A DNA stretch of 62,836 nt, the filler included, from Choristocarpus tenellus KU-1152 (Eukaryota > Protista > Phaeophyceae), in the NCBI GenBank assembly GCA_964200185.2. It is 11 parts of 11 records of this genome, joined end to end, with 100 filler letters (N's around TTAATTAATTAA, not from the genome) between each part and the next. Parts side by side here need not be neighbours in the genome. Positions count along the whole stretch, not along the records: positions 1 to 6,981 come from CAXNAD020006926.1; positions 7,082 to 18,851 come from CAXNAD020002148.1; 9 more parts are not named here. One strand, given 5' to 3'. Below, one piece after another: positions 1 through 12,000 of the stretch (the stretch's first letter is position 1; each line of letters starts with the position of its first letter). The notes below the pieces were generated by a model. It was not told the origin of the DNA. It saw only the letters and a program-made list of their open reading frames with translations, and did no database searches. The position numbers were made by a program, and so were the translations under genes.

Positions 1-671
1 GTGGACGCCGGAACAGCTCTCTACAAGAACAAAGGTCTTCTGCTAGACGTCACCTTCGCAGAGGTACAGGCAACCTCCCACCTAACCCACTCATGCACCA
101 GCAATAGTGTAGCTGCTGCTGCAGCTGAGGCGCGAAAATGCACCAACTACAAGGGCTCCTTTGATCCTCGTAGTTATAACCTCAACACCTTCGTGGTGGA
201 AATTTTTGGGCACCTTGGCAAGCAAGCGGAAAGCTTCCTGGATGAGCTGGCTACTCACATGATAGGGGGGAGAGAAGCTGGAGGATATTGCAGGAAAGGA
301 GTAGTCAAATCCCGGCTACGCCAAATTGTCTTGGTAACTACTCAAGTGGCATTGTCTAGAAGTGTCATTCGCTTTAAGCTAGAGTCACCAGGGAGATGGG
401 CACGGAGGGGTCTGTTGGATTCTTGGGATGCCTCCCTAGCTCCCCCCACCGGGGCACAGGAGTAGGTAGATGGGAAGCACAGGAAGTATAATATTGATAG
501 TGGTGAAGTAACAAATAGATTAGTGTTTTTCACAATTATAGTGTTTTATAGTGTTTTTCACATTTAATTTTATGATATTTTATTTCTTTAGGGCTTATGC
601 TGACATATGCATAGTTTTCTTTTCTTTCCCCCCTGACACTTCGACAAAATGTCAGAAGGCATAATAATAAA
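1..671 (+). mobile_element. 3' end of CRE-like non-LTR retrotransposon (REL endonuclease C-terminus, 3' UTR, terminal hairpin, (TAA)n tail)
   Basis: ORF 1-465 has LLLDVTF...AAAAAEARK...FVVEIFGHLG..A..FL..LA, typical of restriction-like endonuclease domains. It ends in CCCTGACA...TGTCAGAAGGC-ATAATAATAA. Homologous copies lie at 37830-38345 and 57500-59262. Confidence 0.8.
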
Positions 672-708
672 ATATCATGCTATCATTAACAATATCGTAC
701 CTAACTGA

Positions 709-761
709 ATATTGGTTTTTCCCCTGGCACATCTGGAAAATGTCAGATGGCATAATAATAA
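709..761 (+). repeat. Second copy of the ~50-bp CRE-like 3' terminus (hairpin + TAA tail)
   Basis: ttttcccctggcacatctggaaaatgtcagatggcataataataa repeats 620-671. Confidence 0.8.
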
Positions 762-1640
762 AGAAGGTGATGCCACTCCAGTATATTTTGCTCTAGTTTT
801 GCGTGTTCGTCTGCCTACATAATCTGTCGCACACGTGGAAACGATGTTAACAACAAACGTGCATTATTATATTACTAATGCAGTAATACCCTTACTATAT
901 TATGCGACACTTTCTTGACGCAACCATCCGTCCTGATGAAGCAACTTGATTAACTGCCCTGCAGATAGATGCTATGCTCTTCTTCGTCGCAATAATCAGC
1001 ACACAACACCATACCTTGCCAAACTGCTATTTTTGATAGTATTTCTAGTAGACCACTATGATGGCAACACTGACCGCATCACCTGCAATCCTCAACTTTC
1101 ATAGCCTTCCAATATAGGTGGCAGGTTCATACTGTTGTGAGATGCCCCTCGGACCCCTCTCTGTCCAAGTACCCGTTCTTGCTCTTCCCAACACATCTTG
1201 TGTCAAATGTAGAAGGAAGAGTGGCATATATGTCACTGTAAACCATCTACAAATGGCTGGCTACTCACGAGGCCAACATTGCCTGGCTGCGAGAGAGGGT
1301 GATTAAGGCTAGGTTGGTGCAGGGTGATGCAGCCTTTGAATGAATGAACCTCTTCACCCCAATATCAATCTCATTGCTGTTCATGTCCTTTGTGGGATCA
1401 TCATGCAGACAAGAAGAAGGCATGATAATTTTCTCCATTATCTCTATTCTGCCGTTTTTTATGCTTAATCTAGTAAATTTTTATTTTTCTCATTAGTCTG
1501 AGGGATCCCAGTCCTATGGTCGGAAAGGTAGTCCAAAGAAGGTAATACACACTGCTTGAGAAAGGTGACGAGGATAATGAAAAGAAGAGCAATGTAGCGA
1601 AAGAAAAATAAGTGAAATAGAAAGAATCGATAGGTGAAAT

Positions 1641-1906
1641 GAGTGAAAGTATCTTAGAGGGCATGAGTTTTGCCCTGTTTGTCCATCTCGGGCTTGACTT
1701 CCTATGGGCTTTTAGTGACATTTTACCTACTCCAAAATAATGTTTAAGAGTAGGTAAAATGTATACACTATGAAATTTTGTGTCCGGAACAAGGATATTG
1801 ACATCTCCTACCTAGCAAACGCGATAGCCAAAATTACATCAAAATCGCAACAGTGGATTTTGATCCTCAAATGGACGCAGCTCTACCCTCTAAGATACTT
1901 TGGCTC
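1641..1906 (+). mobile_element. MITE family A (~260 bp)
   Basis: TIRs GAGTGAAAGTATCTTAGAGGG / CCCTCTAAGATACTTTGGCTC; internal palindrome ACATTTTACCTACTC...GAGTAGGTAAAATGT; no clear TSD in this copy. Confidence 0.9.
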
Positions 1907-1909
1907 ACA

Positions 1910-4900
1910 GGTGTATCTCTTGTACACTCCTTCTACACCCTTTATCATTGCCTTCATTGCCTCTCCTTTTGCTCAGGTAAAACTAGTATCCCACCAGTAC
2001 AGTTCAGTACCCCCCTCACCTGTAGCTGTTCCGTCATTTCTAAATATTCAGCTGCTTGTGACAACACCTGCTGATCTAATGACTTGCTTCATGTGAACAT
2101 TTGCTACTTCCTTTTGTACAAAATAGGACAATGGTGAGTTGTACCCTATTTTGTGCATGAGAGATGTAACTAATGAGATAGTACATCCAGATTATGAATG
2201 GAATTAGGTATGGGTCATTATTCTGCATTCAACTACTTTGACATAACCGTTGACTTAGGTAGGAAGCACAAATAATAATAAAACAAGGAATGAGAAGACG
2301 CCCCGCAAAGGTCACTCTTCTAATTTCAACCATGTAATCACGTTCAGCAATAGGGAACCATGTGAGGCTTCACACCTTCTTGTCTTCACTACAGAAAAAT
2401 TGCATTACCCCCCAAGGTAAATTGCACACCTTTTCCTCCTTGATCTTGAGTGCGCATTGGGAATGGCTCTCAATAAGCAGCTGTCGGCAAGACTGTGCAC
2501 TTTCGGATTGGGAGCAAGTAGGAAGAAATCCAAACACGGTGGCAATGATAGATCAGGAATGAAAAGCCAAGGCAAGATGACGAGCAATTTCCCACGGCAC
2601 CCAAGGAGATGGCAAAGCCTGGTTTGTATCCTACTGCACTAAATCTACACCAGCAGGCACTGGTAACAAACTCACTGACGTCAGTTCTGCATTTGTTTTC
2701 AGCTTTTCCTCGAGTTGGACCTGGCTAACGGGATAAGACATTTTCCCAACGTCCACGTGGTGCTGAATGCGGTCAGTGTCCGTTCCAAGAGCAGCCCTGT
2801 GTGTAGTTCGTACAGCATCAAAGCAAGGTGCGGGTGCGTTGGTGAGTTTGGCAAGTGAGGTATAATGGAAAGTCACGGCATTCCTATTCGCACCAAACCC
2901 AGTGTTTCGAGCCCAGCCAAGCTTGATATTTTACACCTTCTTTCAACACTGTGTTGTTGTGGTGGGAATCTCACATTGCTTAACATTTCACTAGTTCTGT
3001 TGGGAAGTATGCGCTCTAACATTCAGTAGAGGGTGCGGGCTATCTTGAAAGAAAATCTCGGGAAACTCTCAATATTACACTTCTTCTGGGGAGCTAAAGG
3101 GTGGACATCCCATTGCCATTTCCACTTGACTAGAAGGCTCAGGTATATATTCACGCATATTTGAGTACCATCTCTCCAACCTGCGATTGAAGATTACTCA
3201 TTTGTATCTTTCAGTCCTCTCCGAGCATAGAACAAGATGGCACTGACACACACGATAGATATCACGCATTAGGTAGCTCATAATGGGATAATCTTGTTCC
3301 GGGTATTGCTGTCAGCACTAAAAAAACGGTATGTGCGAAAACGACACAGCAGTACACTTGCAAATACAATATATTTTGACACAACATAGATACACAGACC
3401 ACATCATCATGGACAACATTAAGGATTGCTCTAGATACACTGCAGTATGTGATATTTTTTAATACATACTTGTTGGGGGAACATGTTTGACAAGGGAATT
3501 ACTTGATCCATCCTATGTACTAAAACTACTTGCTACACAGCATCATCTCCCCTTTATGCTAGTCACCTCTCTCTTTCTGGCTCCGCTGCATCTACAAACC
3601 CCCTCCTCTCTTTCTCCCATATTTGGAGTTGCCTGTGGGCATCGATTGTGCAAGTCTCAAGCCTGTTGGCGAGGTCTGTCCATCTCTCCTGAGGTGTGTA
3701 TAGGTCAGGGCCAAGAACAAGAAGGAGGCAGAAGTTCACCAGAGAAAAAATAGGGGTAGTGGAGTGATCCAGTGCCTGTAACATGAATAAAATTTATTTC
3801 CCTTCGAAAGCCCCACCTCAAGTTCCCTATATACGACAGGTACACAGAGCATGTGTCAATTTGGCTCATGCATACCTGGGATGTTCTTAGCCCACTGATG
3901 TGTCTGCCAGCTGTGGAGCTAAGTACTACTTCAAAATATCTCCTTCCAACACTTCAAATTGAAAATTGCTCACAGACAGCTTCCTCTCTAGTACGTTCTT
4001 CTATACCCTCATCTCAGCCTTCGTTGCCTCTCTCTTCCTTGGTCAATCCTCAGTCTCTCAACTTCCTTCCTAACGGCTATGGTCAGTGGCCCTCTCACCT
4101 GAAAGTGATCCTTCAGCTCATTGATCTCAGTAGTATGGAGCAACATGCGCTGATCTAGCACCGCCTCCATCTCCCTCTTAGCTGCTTCCCCAGCTCCCTG
4201 TGCAGCATGTGCACACTGGGAGTGGCTATCCGCAAGCATATTCTTGCATGATCGCACAGCCTCGGCCTGGTAGCTGAGGATTTCAGAGCATTACAAAAAT
4301 TCTTCGATCAGAAATGATAAAGCATACCAAGACAAGACGCCAAGCCATCTCCCATCATACTCAAGCACAAATAGCAAGCCTGGTGTGTGATCTAGTATAG
4401 GAACTATGTAGAGTCAGACCCTTTGCAAAGCACCAGAGACACCGGCACCTTGGCGTGCATACTGTATGGCAACTCACACAGGGCTGTTCGTCACAGAGTT
4501 GTGGCCTGTGTTGAGCAGCACGCCAAGGTCAAGCAAGTGTCTGAGTCACTTATTGGTGGCAAACATTTTATCATCAGTCAAGTGAAGAAAGTGAATGATG
4601 ATGCGACTATTTCGAACAATGATACAAAGCTAGTTATGAGCAAGAAAAATTCCCCAACCACACTGATCTCGTGCTCATCTCTTCCTCCTGACTGGTTTGT
4701 ACTTCTCCATATCGGCCAGGTCAACATGCCCCTTCTCCACTTCACAGACAGGACCATTGCACTCAGTAATAGGCCTGCAGAAAAGCTTGGTTGATATTGG
4801 CCTACTGCCTAATGTTGATAGTTTCTATTGTCATAAGCAGCCCCATGTGATGTTTCGTATGGTGTGCCGACCGAGGTGCAGGTGTGTTGTTGAGTGCGGT

Positions 4901-6065
4901 GATTGTGTCACGGTACAAGGTGGGACCGCAGCACTCTGTACCAACGTGTACAATGTATGTTGTGTGTTAAGTACGGGCAAGCTTTGGCCATTTCCGCTGG
5001 CTTTCGAACACTGTGCTTCTGTTTCAGGAATCTTGCATTGCTTAATTCACCAGTGTGCGTGTAGGGGACAATTTGCTTCAACCTTTGGTGGGTCTAGCTA
5101 GACCTTGAAGAAGACTCTTGGGAAACATCAAGTATTATATTTTCTGGAGCGCTTACACATACATATAACCTTGCTATTCCACTCGACTAGAAGGCTTGGG
5201 CCTTCAATTGAGATGATGCTTGGGTGCCATCTCTCCAATCTAGTGGAGACTGCACATTTGGCTCCTTTGATCTTCTTTGAGCATAGAACGAGATGGTATG
5301 TAAAATACAGCCACATATGTGATGGATATCATACATAAGGGTACCCAATACAGTAGAATGATCTTGTCATGCCCTTAGTTACAGAGGTAGGTTATCTTCA
5401 GCACTAAAAAATCTACATGCACGAAAACGATAGCAGAGCGTTCGTGGTGTGTGTGTTTTTTTGGCACAACATAGGTGCAAGGAGTACATCACCATAGACC
5501 ACATTAAGGATTGTGCAGACACGCTGCAGTATGGTCATTTTATGTTCGATCTAGGTCAGGGTTTACATGTCGACAAGGACTCAAGCATTCCATGCACCCC
5601 AGCTACTTGTTGCGCAGCACAACCACCCCCTTTCGTCAGTCACCTCTCTTTCTCCCTGGATGCAGCCTCCAGGTACCCCCTCTTCTCCATCTCTGACCTT
5701 TGTACTTGCTCTTTTTCATTTGTTTGGCATGCCTCCAGCTTGTTGGCAAGCTCTGCCGATCTCTCCTGTAGTTCATAGAGTGCAGGGTCAAGAATAAGAA
5801 GGAACCAAAGGCCCACAAGAAGAGAAAATGCAAAGGCGGTGGAATGACCAGAATCTTCCGCTTTTACTTAGATGTCTTGACCTTCAAAAAGCCCCACCCC
5901 ACGTTCTCTCTATGCAACAGACAGCAGAATACAAGGAGATTCACCATGCTGTTGTACTTTGCACACACCAATTTGGCTGACTGAATACATGTTGTATGGA
6001 GGAGGTCGTACCTCAGACGCTCTCAGAATCACCGACATGTCTGCCAGCTTTGCAGTCAAGTGCTC
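1910..6065 (-). repeat. Diverged tandem duplication of a ~2.1-kb unit containing degenerate minus-strand coding remnants of unknown family
   Basis: Matching blocks at 1920~3990, 2450~4220 (SCRQLLIESHSQCA vs SCKNMLADSHSQCA), 3043~5103 and 3885~6022; many stops and frameshifts. Confidence 0.65.
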
Positions 6066-6981
6066 CCTCTGAGGGGAAAGGGAGGAGAAATGAAACGAGA
6101 TTAGATTTGCAGAGCAGAGGCTAGAGTAAGCAGTCCAGAGCCTCGTGGCGATGTATTACGGCCTATACGTTGTTCAAACCTTCGACCAGGCGCTCAGTGA
6201 CAAGTTGAATGTGGGATAACACCAGGAATTATCAAAGCATTGTAATGCCCACCTCATGCCGCCCATTAATCACAAGCTCATCGGCGATGAGCAGGTCCAT
6301 TTCCAGGACTCTCAAGGCCTCCTGGGTTGATGCAATCTGTCGCCACTGGTCAAGCAGAAGCTGCTGCACTTGGGGTCTCCTGGGCACCTGCATGTTGTAT
6401 GTTTCAAAAGGCAGGATCTTGATCAAGTAATTGCCAATGAGTGTATGGCCCGTTGAATCAACATTATTTCTCCTATGGGGGTTCAAAACTGCATGTCCTG
6501 TGTAAGACTTACATTGCTGAAACCATCATCAGAATATGGATTTGAAGTATCTGGAGGGGAAATGAATGCATGGCGGAGATGCTTGAGTAGGGTATGTACC
6601 ATCTGCCTAGCTCTTCATTGAGCCAATATCTCTCCAGAATACCATGATCACGGCAATGTCACATGGGGACTGGGAGAACCGAGGTGATGAGGAAATATCC
6701 CTGCAACTGCCTCTACTTTGCTTGCGGATTTTGACAAAGAGTGATGCACTTCTTGGGTAAGATGGCGATCATGTGTAAAAGGGATTCCCAAGGGCGTCAC
6801 ATCACAAGTACTATAAAAAGAGTTCTCTACAGCTCTACTCAAAGTGGGTGCGCCTAGTTCAAAATGCCACAGATGGAAGACATGGGTATCCAGGTACATA
6901 GTGCAGGAAGTAGGCAACACAAACACAACTTAATGACCTCCCAGAAAATTGAGAAGTGTGAAAGCACAATGCTGCAGAGAA

Positions 6982-7081
6982 NNNNNNNNNNNNNNNNNNN
7001 NNNNNNNNNNNNNNNNNNNNNNNNNTTAATTAATTAANNNNNNNNNNNNNNNNNNNNNNNNNNNNNNNNNNNNNNNNNNNN
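6982..7081. other. Artificial contig-join linker
   Basis: N44-TTAATTAATTAA-N44 (stops in all six frames). Confidence 0.98.
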
Positions 7082-7160
7082 GTAAATGCACCTTTCCTGA
7101 TTTTGGTCCAAATGGGCCCCCTGGGTTAGACCCCCCCCCCCCCCCCAGATACTTTGGGTC
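7082..7160. mobile_element. MITE family B, right half (contig start)
   Basis: ccaaatgg...poly-C-AGATACTTTGGGTC terminus; matches 58211-58389 in reverse. Confidence 0.8.
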
Positions 7161-9043
7161 TCTAGATACTCAAAGACCAAAGTGCTCGATGAGAATATGA
7201 CATGGACACTCAAACAAGAGGGATTACTACACCTCGCTTTGTATCACACAGCATTCTTTCCACCGTAACACAGTTGTTGGGATCCGTAAACGGAAAGCAA
7301 GCGTAGAGGTATTCAAATCTTCTGTCATACAGAGACAAGCATCCAACTGGTTGGTAAGAACTTGGGTGCGAGAATGTTATGAAGAGCGAGGAGGTGATAG
7401 CTTGCAAAGAAAGGAGAAGACCGTTTTGATTTGCTTGTTTCATCGCACTCATCCACCGTCTGTACATGAATTATGCTAGCTTATCCAACCAAGAGGCCTT
7501 TTTAGTTTTAGGGGGAACAGGCGATGAGTAGGAGTTGAGAAGGACAAGGGGGAGGTGAAGATTGACAATAGGTGGAAACTTGTGGTTGTGCCTCCAACTT
7601 AATCTTTCAGTGATTCGAAGAGAGTGGTGGGAGGCACTTATCACTTGCAAAGATTATATGGAGCGGGTGGTACAGACAGACAATAGACAGGCAGGTAGGT
7701 ATGTTGGTCAGTAGGTGTGAATGTTATTTATGATGGAGTCAAGCGCTACTTCTTGGATGGTTGGTGTGTGTATGGCATGCCAAGGAGGAGGCTTGTTGAC
7801 ACATGTTAATACTGCGAAGTACGATAGAGAAAAATATATGTAGAAGTAGTATATTAACTAACAAGTCGAAGTACAACAATATTATGTACCATAAAGTAGT
7901 ACCTAGTAAATTTGTGTGTGAGTGACACTCAAGCGTGGTGTATTGACTCTCTCCTTCTCTTTCGTACATGGTCTGACTCTATCTGTTCTCACGTTCCTTG
8001 CAGCAGGAGGAGGAGGAGCATGAAGACATCAAATCAAGAAATGGACTCTTTCATGTGGAGGCTGGGAATTGTGCAGGGGTTCCACGGTGTCAGATTCGCA
8101 CAGTTCAGAGTCGTTGGCAAAATACAGGGGATCCTGCATCATAGTAGGGGTATCGCAGCTCGGATTATGAGGATTTGGCGACATGCTTGATCATGGGGGT
8201 GCGAAAGCTCGGAAAGAACATGGGCAAGGGGCCGAATGTGGAGAAGGGGAAGAAGACGAAGGTCAATTTGCTAGCCTTGGGTGAAGCTGTAAAAGGCGCC
8301 CAGCTGAAGAAGTTGAAGCTGAAGATGATGGAGGAGGATGAAGAGACGGGATGGATGAAGAAGGATAATCTCATTCCCCCCCGAAACTGATGATGACATC
8401 CCTGGAGTGATAGAGTTTGAGGAGGATGTAGAAGAGAAAGATGAGCAGGAGGAGGATGTGGACGAAAAGGTGAATGGAAATAAGGCACCTAGTGTAGAAT
8501 CAACGAAACTCTTCCGAGAACATTTAGTGACAGAAATATAAATAATCAATCCGATCCAGCTATCCGCCTCAAAAAAGAAGGCCAAACGAGAGAGGAGACA
8601 GAAGAAACAAGTGACAAGGAGAGACCAAACAAAGGAAACCGAAGAGAAAATACTAAAAGTCACCGTACATGTTTTTGAGGTGTTGCAAGCACAACAGAAA
8701 CAATCGCATCGAGTTTCAGAAACGACAGAAACCAAAGAGAACAGCACCGAGGACGTCGTAGGAAAACCGAAACCAGACTTAACACCTTATCAAAGCCACC
8801 AAGCGCTTGTAACGACCATACTGAATGGACATAATTGTCAAGGGTAGTGATGAAGGTCTCACACGAGAAAAAATATGATAGCAAAAACTAGGTGTTAGGG
8901 ATAGCCCAACCCTAACCTTAATACTGTTGTTTCGATGGTCGATGAGTTTAGGATCTTGGCTCTGGGCCATATTGCCCTGCCCTAGAGCATTAGGATCCAT
9001 TCCTTTGACACACCTTTCTCATGTCTGGCACTAATACTTATCA

Positions 9044-12000
9044 ATGGGAATGGTGTATGTCGAGGCCGCACTACTGTCACTCCTCCTGCCTAAGGCCGTG
9101 CTGTGCTTCGGATTCCATCTTCCTGTAACACGAGTGTCATTTTCATCACGAGTCGTGTCCAGCTTGAGGATGGCAAGGTTAGAGCCCCTACACCCCATCA
9201 TTACGCACAAACCATACCAACATTGGATCCCACACCCCTACGTCAATACCTGTCACCCCCTCTGGTGTCCCTACCACGACTCGCCATACTGTCCAATTCT
9301 ATTGTGCACTGTCAAACCTTGGAGTTATTGCGTGAACACTTAAGGAAGACGTTGCGTTCCTTGCCTGAGAGTGCAACAGTGACCAACATGGATGTTTATG
9401 GCACCCTTGATGGTGGGAACCCGATTATGTTGGTCTTTATATAGGATTCTGTTACATAAAGGTGGTTTTCAATATTTTAGGAAGCAGCTCTAACCGCGTT
9501 TAAGAGTGGCCCATCAGTAGGGTCTCTGGCTTCAAATATGGTGTCATTCTTGTGGTGTACGTGAACTCAGCTCCATATTTCTTCCTGTCCTGTCCACCGC
9601 CAGTACCAACACCAACCTGGTGCAGGAGGGCATCAGCTCCACCCTCCTTGCTCATCGTGACTTCATGTCCAACGTTGACTTGGTCCTTGCCAGCCAAAGC
9701 CCCCGTCGCAGAGAGATATTCTCACTAATGGGACTTGAGGTGCGTTTGCTGTTGCCCACTACTTACATATATATATATATATATATTCTCCTAACCCCCC
9801 TACCGTATACTTCAGGTACATAGGTTGGATGAAGAAAATGTTGGCATGTGTGTAGCACTTCTTCAGTTCTGCCTAGACCAACAATAAATCGAATATATTG
9901 GCTTATCTTGTAGCTACACGCCCTCCTTCCAATATACCCCGTGTGTGCGTGCTCTGAGTAGTTGGTGTTGAAGCTCCATGTCCCGACCTGACCCGTAGGC
10001 TCCTATTGCAGAGAAGGTGGGAGCGAGTAGCAATAATGTGCAGACACAGAAGACAGTATTGCACTAGCTGTACACCCTACTAGCAAGTGAACCCTTGACA
10101 AGATTCAGCTCTGCTTCCCCTCATGTGTATGATTTTTTGTATTGCCCTCATAATTGTGACTTATAGGGCCCATCACGTTTCATAACTCTTTCTTGGAAAG
10201 AGTACTCATTGACCAGGGGGAAACCGTCAATTGAAAGTGAAACGGATCAGAGGGCGACATGCATACACAACTCTCTGATTCCTTGGTTTGATCAATCTTA
10301 CCTATGGTACTTCAAAAATATGGCAACTATTCATGCTCATCCACTTCTTTTGCACTCACTACTTGAGCAAGCAAGTGCATGGTCCTCAACATCAAGAGAA
10401 AGAAGCCCCAAAGAGGGTGATGAGAAAGGGGGGGAGGGGATGGTGTTTGCACTCAGATAGAAATTGGAAGTGACCGAACAAGTGAAAAACTCTCTTGCTT
10501 GCCTCTACCCTAACCCCAATATTATCCTAGCTGCTGCCAATAACTGCTGATAGTACTCCATTTAGGTATGTGGCAAATAGTACCTTAGTAGGATAGGACA
10601 AAAGCAATAATGTGCTATCAGATAAGGTGGGGATGGCAAAAAACGATTAGGTGAAAAGGAAAGACATGATGGGCAATAGATGAAAGAGTTCATTACTAAA
10701 CCCTGTCCCAAACCCAAGCTCCCCCACCTCAGTATAAATTCTAAACGTGCCTTGTTGTGTTGTACAGCAATTTGTTGCATAGGAATGCCTGCAGTGTCAA
10801 TATCAGAGGGGTAAGAGGAAGCCATTGAAGTGGTTTGGGAGTGTTGTATGTTCAATGGTGGTCTCTGACCCTATGACCCTACTCATTTCTTGAAGACGAT
10901 GTTGGTTGTGCTTTCTACCCTAACCTTATTCTGTCCTGCTTGCAACACCTTCAACTTACAACCTACTCTGTACAAACAACAGCTAATTCATAGATAGCCT
11001 GGGACCCTTGTCAGTGTCATCACTCATTGACCACCTAAACCCTAACCTGTTACCGTACTGGTATAGGAGTTCATCTACTACTTATCAGGCCTAATTTTTA
11101 CCATTTGCTTATAGGCAGTTAGCTCTAGTTCTTTCCTCTCTTATAAGAACGTTGTTCTTCCTCCAATGCCATTTGTTCCCAACCTCTTCCCCCCTCTCCC
11201 CAGTAGAATGAATATACCCCCTTGACCCCTCCCTCTCCACCCTTATTTTGTATGAAGATATAATATGTTGTAGCAGTATTTTCTGTAGTTTACCATAATT
11301 ATAATTATAATAATGATATTTTCAACACGTACAAACACCTGTCCATAGGCTCAAGTCCATTAATAGCCTGCACATGAGTGCTTGCTTTCCCATAAACTAA
11401 CAGTTAAAGGTTCTTTGCTGCATACTTGATGAACAAACTACTGCTGGCGACTACACTGCATGTGCCATTTTGTTTTACTTTGTATCTTCCCATCCTTTAC
11501 TATCATATCCCATCCTCCTTGTGTGTGCAAAGGATTGTTTTCGTGTCGTGGTCTCTAATTTTGAGGAGAATCTGGATAAGTCCTCCTTCAAGGACCCACG
11601 TGACTACGCAGTGGCTAACGCTGTAGGCAAGGCTCAAGAGGTAAGGAATTTGGGTATTAGATTTTTTTGTCAAGATCTCATGCCGTATCATTTTTTTTTT
11701 TGTACCTGTCTAAATGGCACCATTAGTTGGACAATTTGGTTACATGTGTACTGTAAGATATGCATACATACATACTCATGCACAGAAAGATAGATGCAAC
11801 AAACCACATTGACAAACATGATGTGCAAGTATACTCATACTGTCGCATGCAAAATTGTTCTGATTTGGTTACTAGTTGTGTTACTAGTTGTGTGGGTTTT
11901 TTCGTGTCTGTTTTTGTTATTGAGCGCTTGTACATTTCTACATGTCAATGGACATATCAAAAGGGACAATATTTGCTAGAATCTCATAGAGAATTTGTGG

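Noticed and set aside
7980-8850. Acidic/Lys-rich gene upstream of maf
   Set aside because: Frameshifted, no consistent splice model and no recognisable domain.
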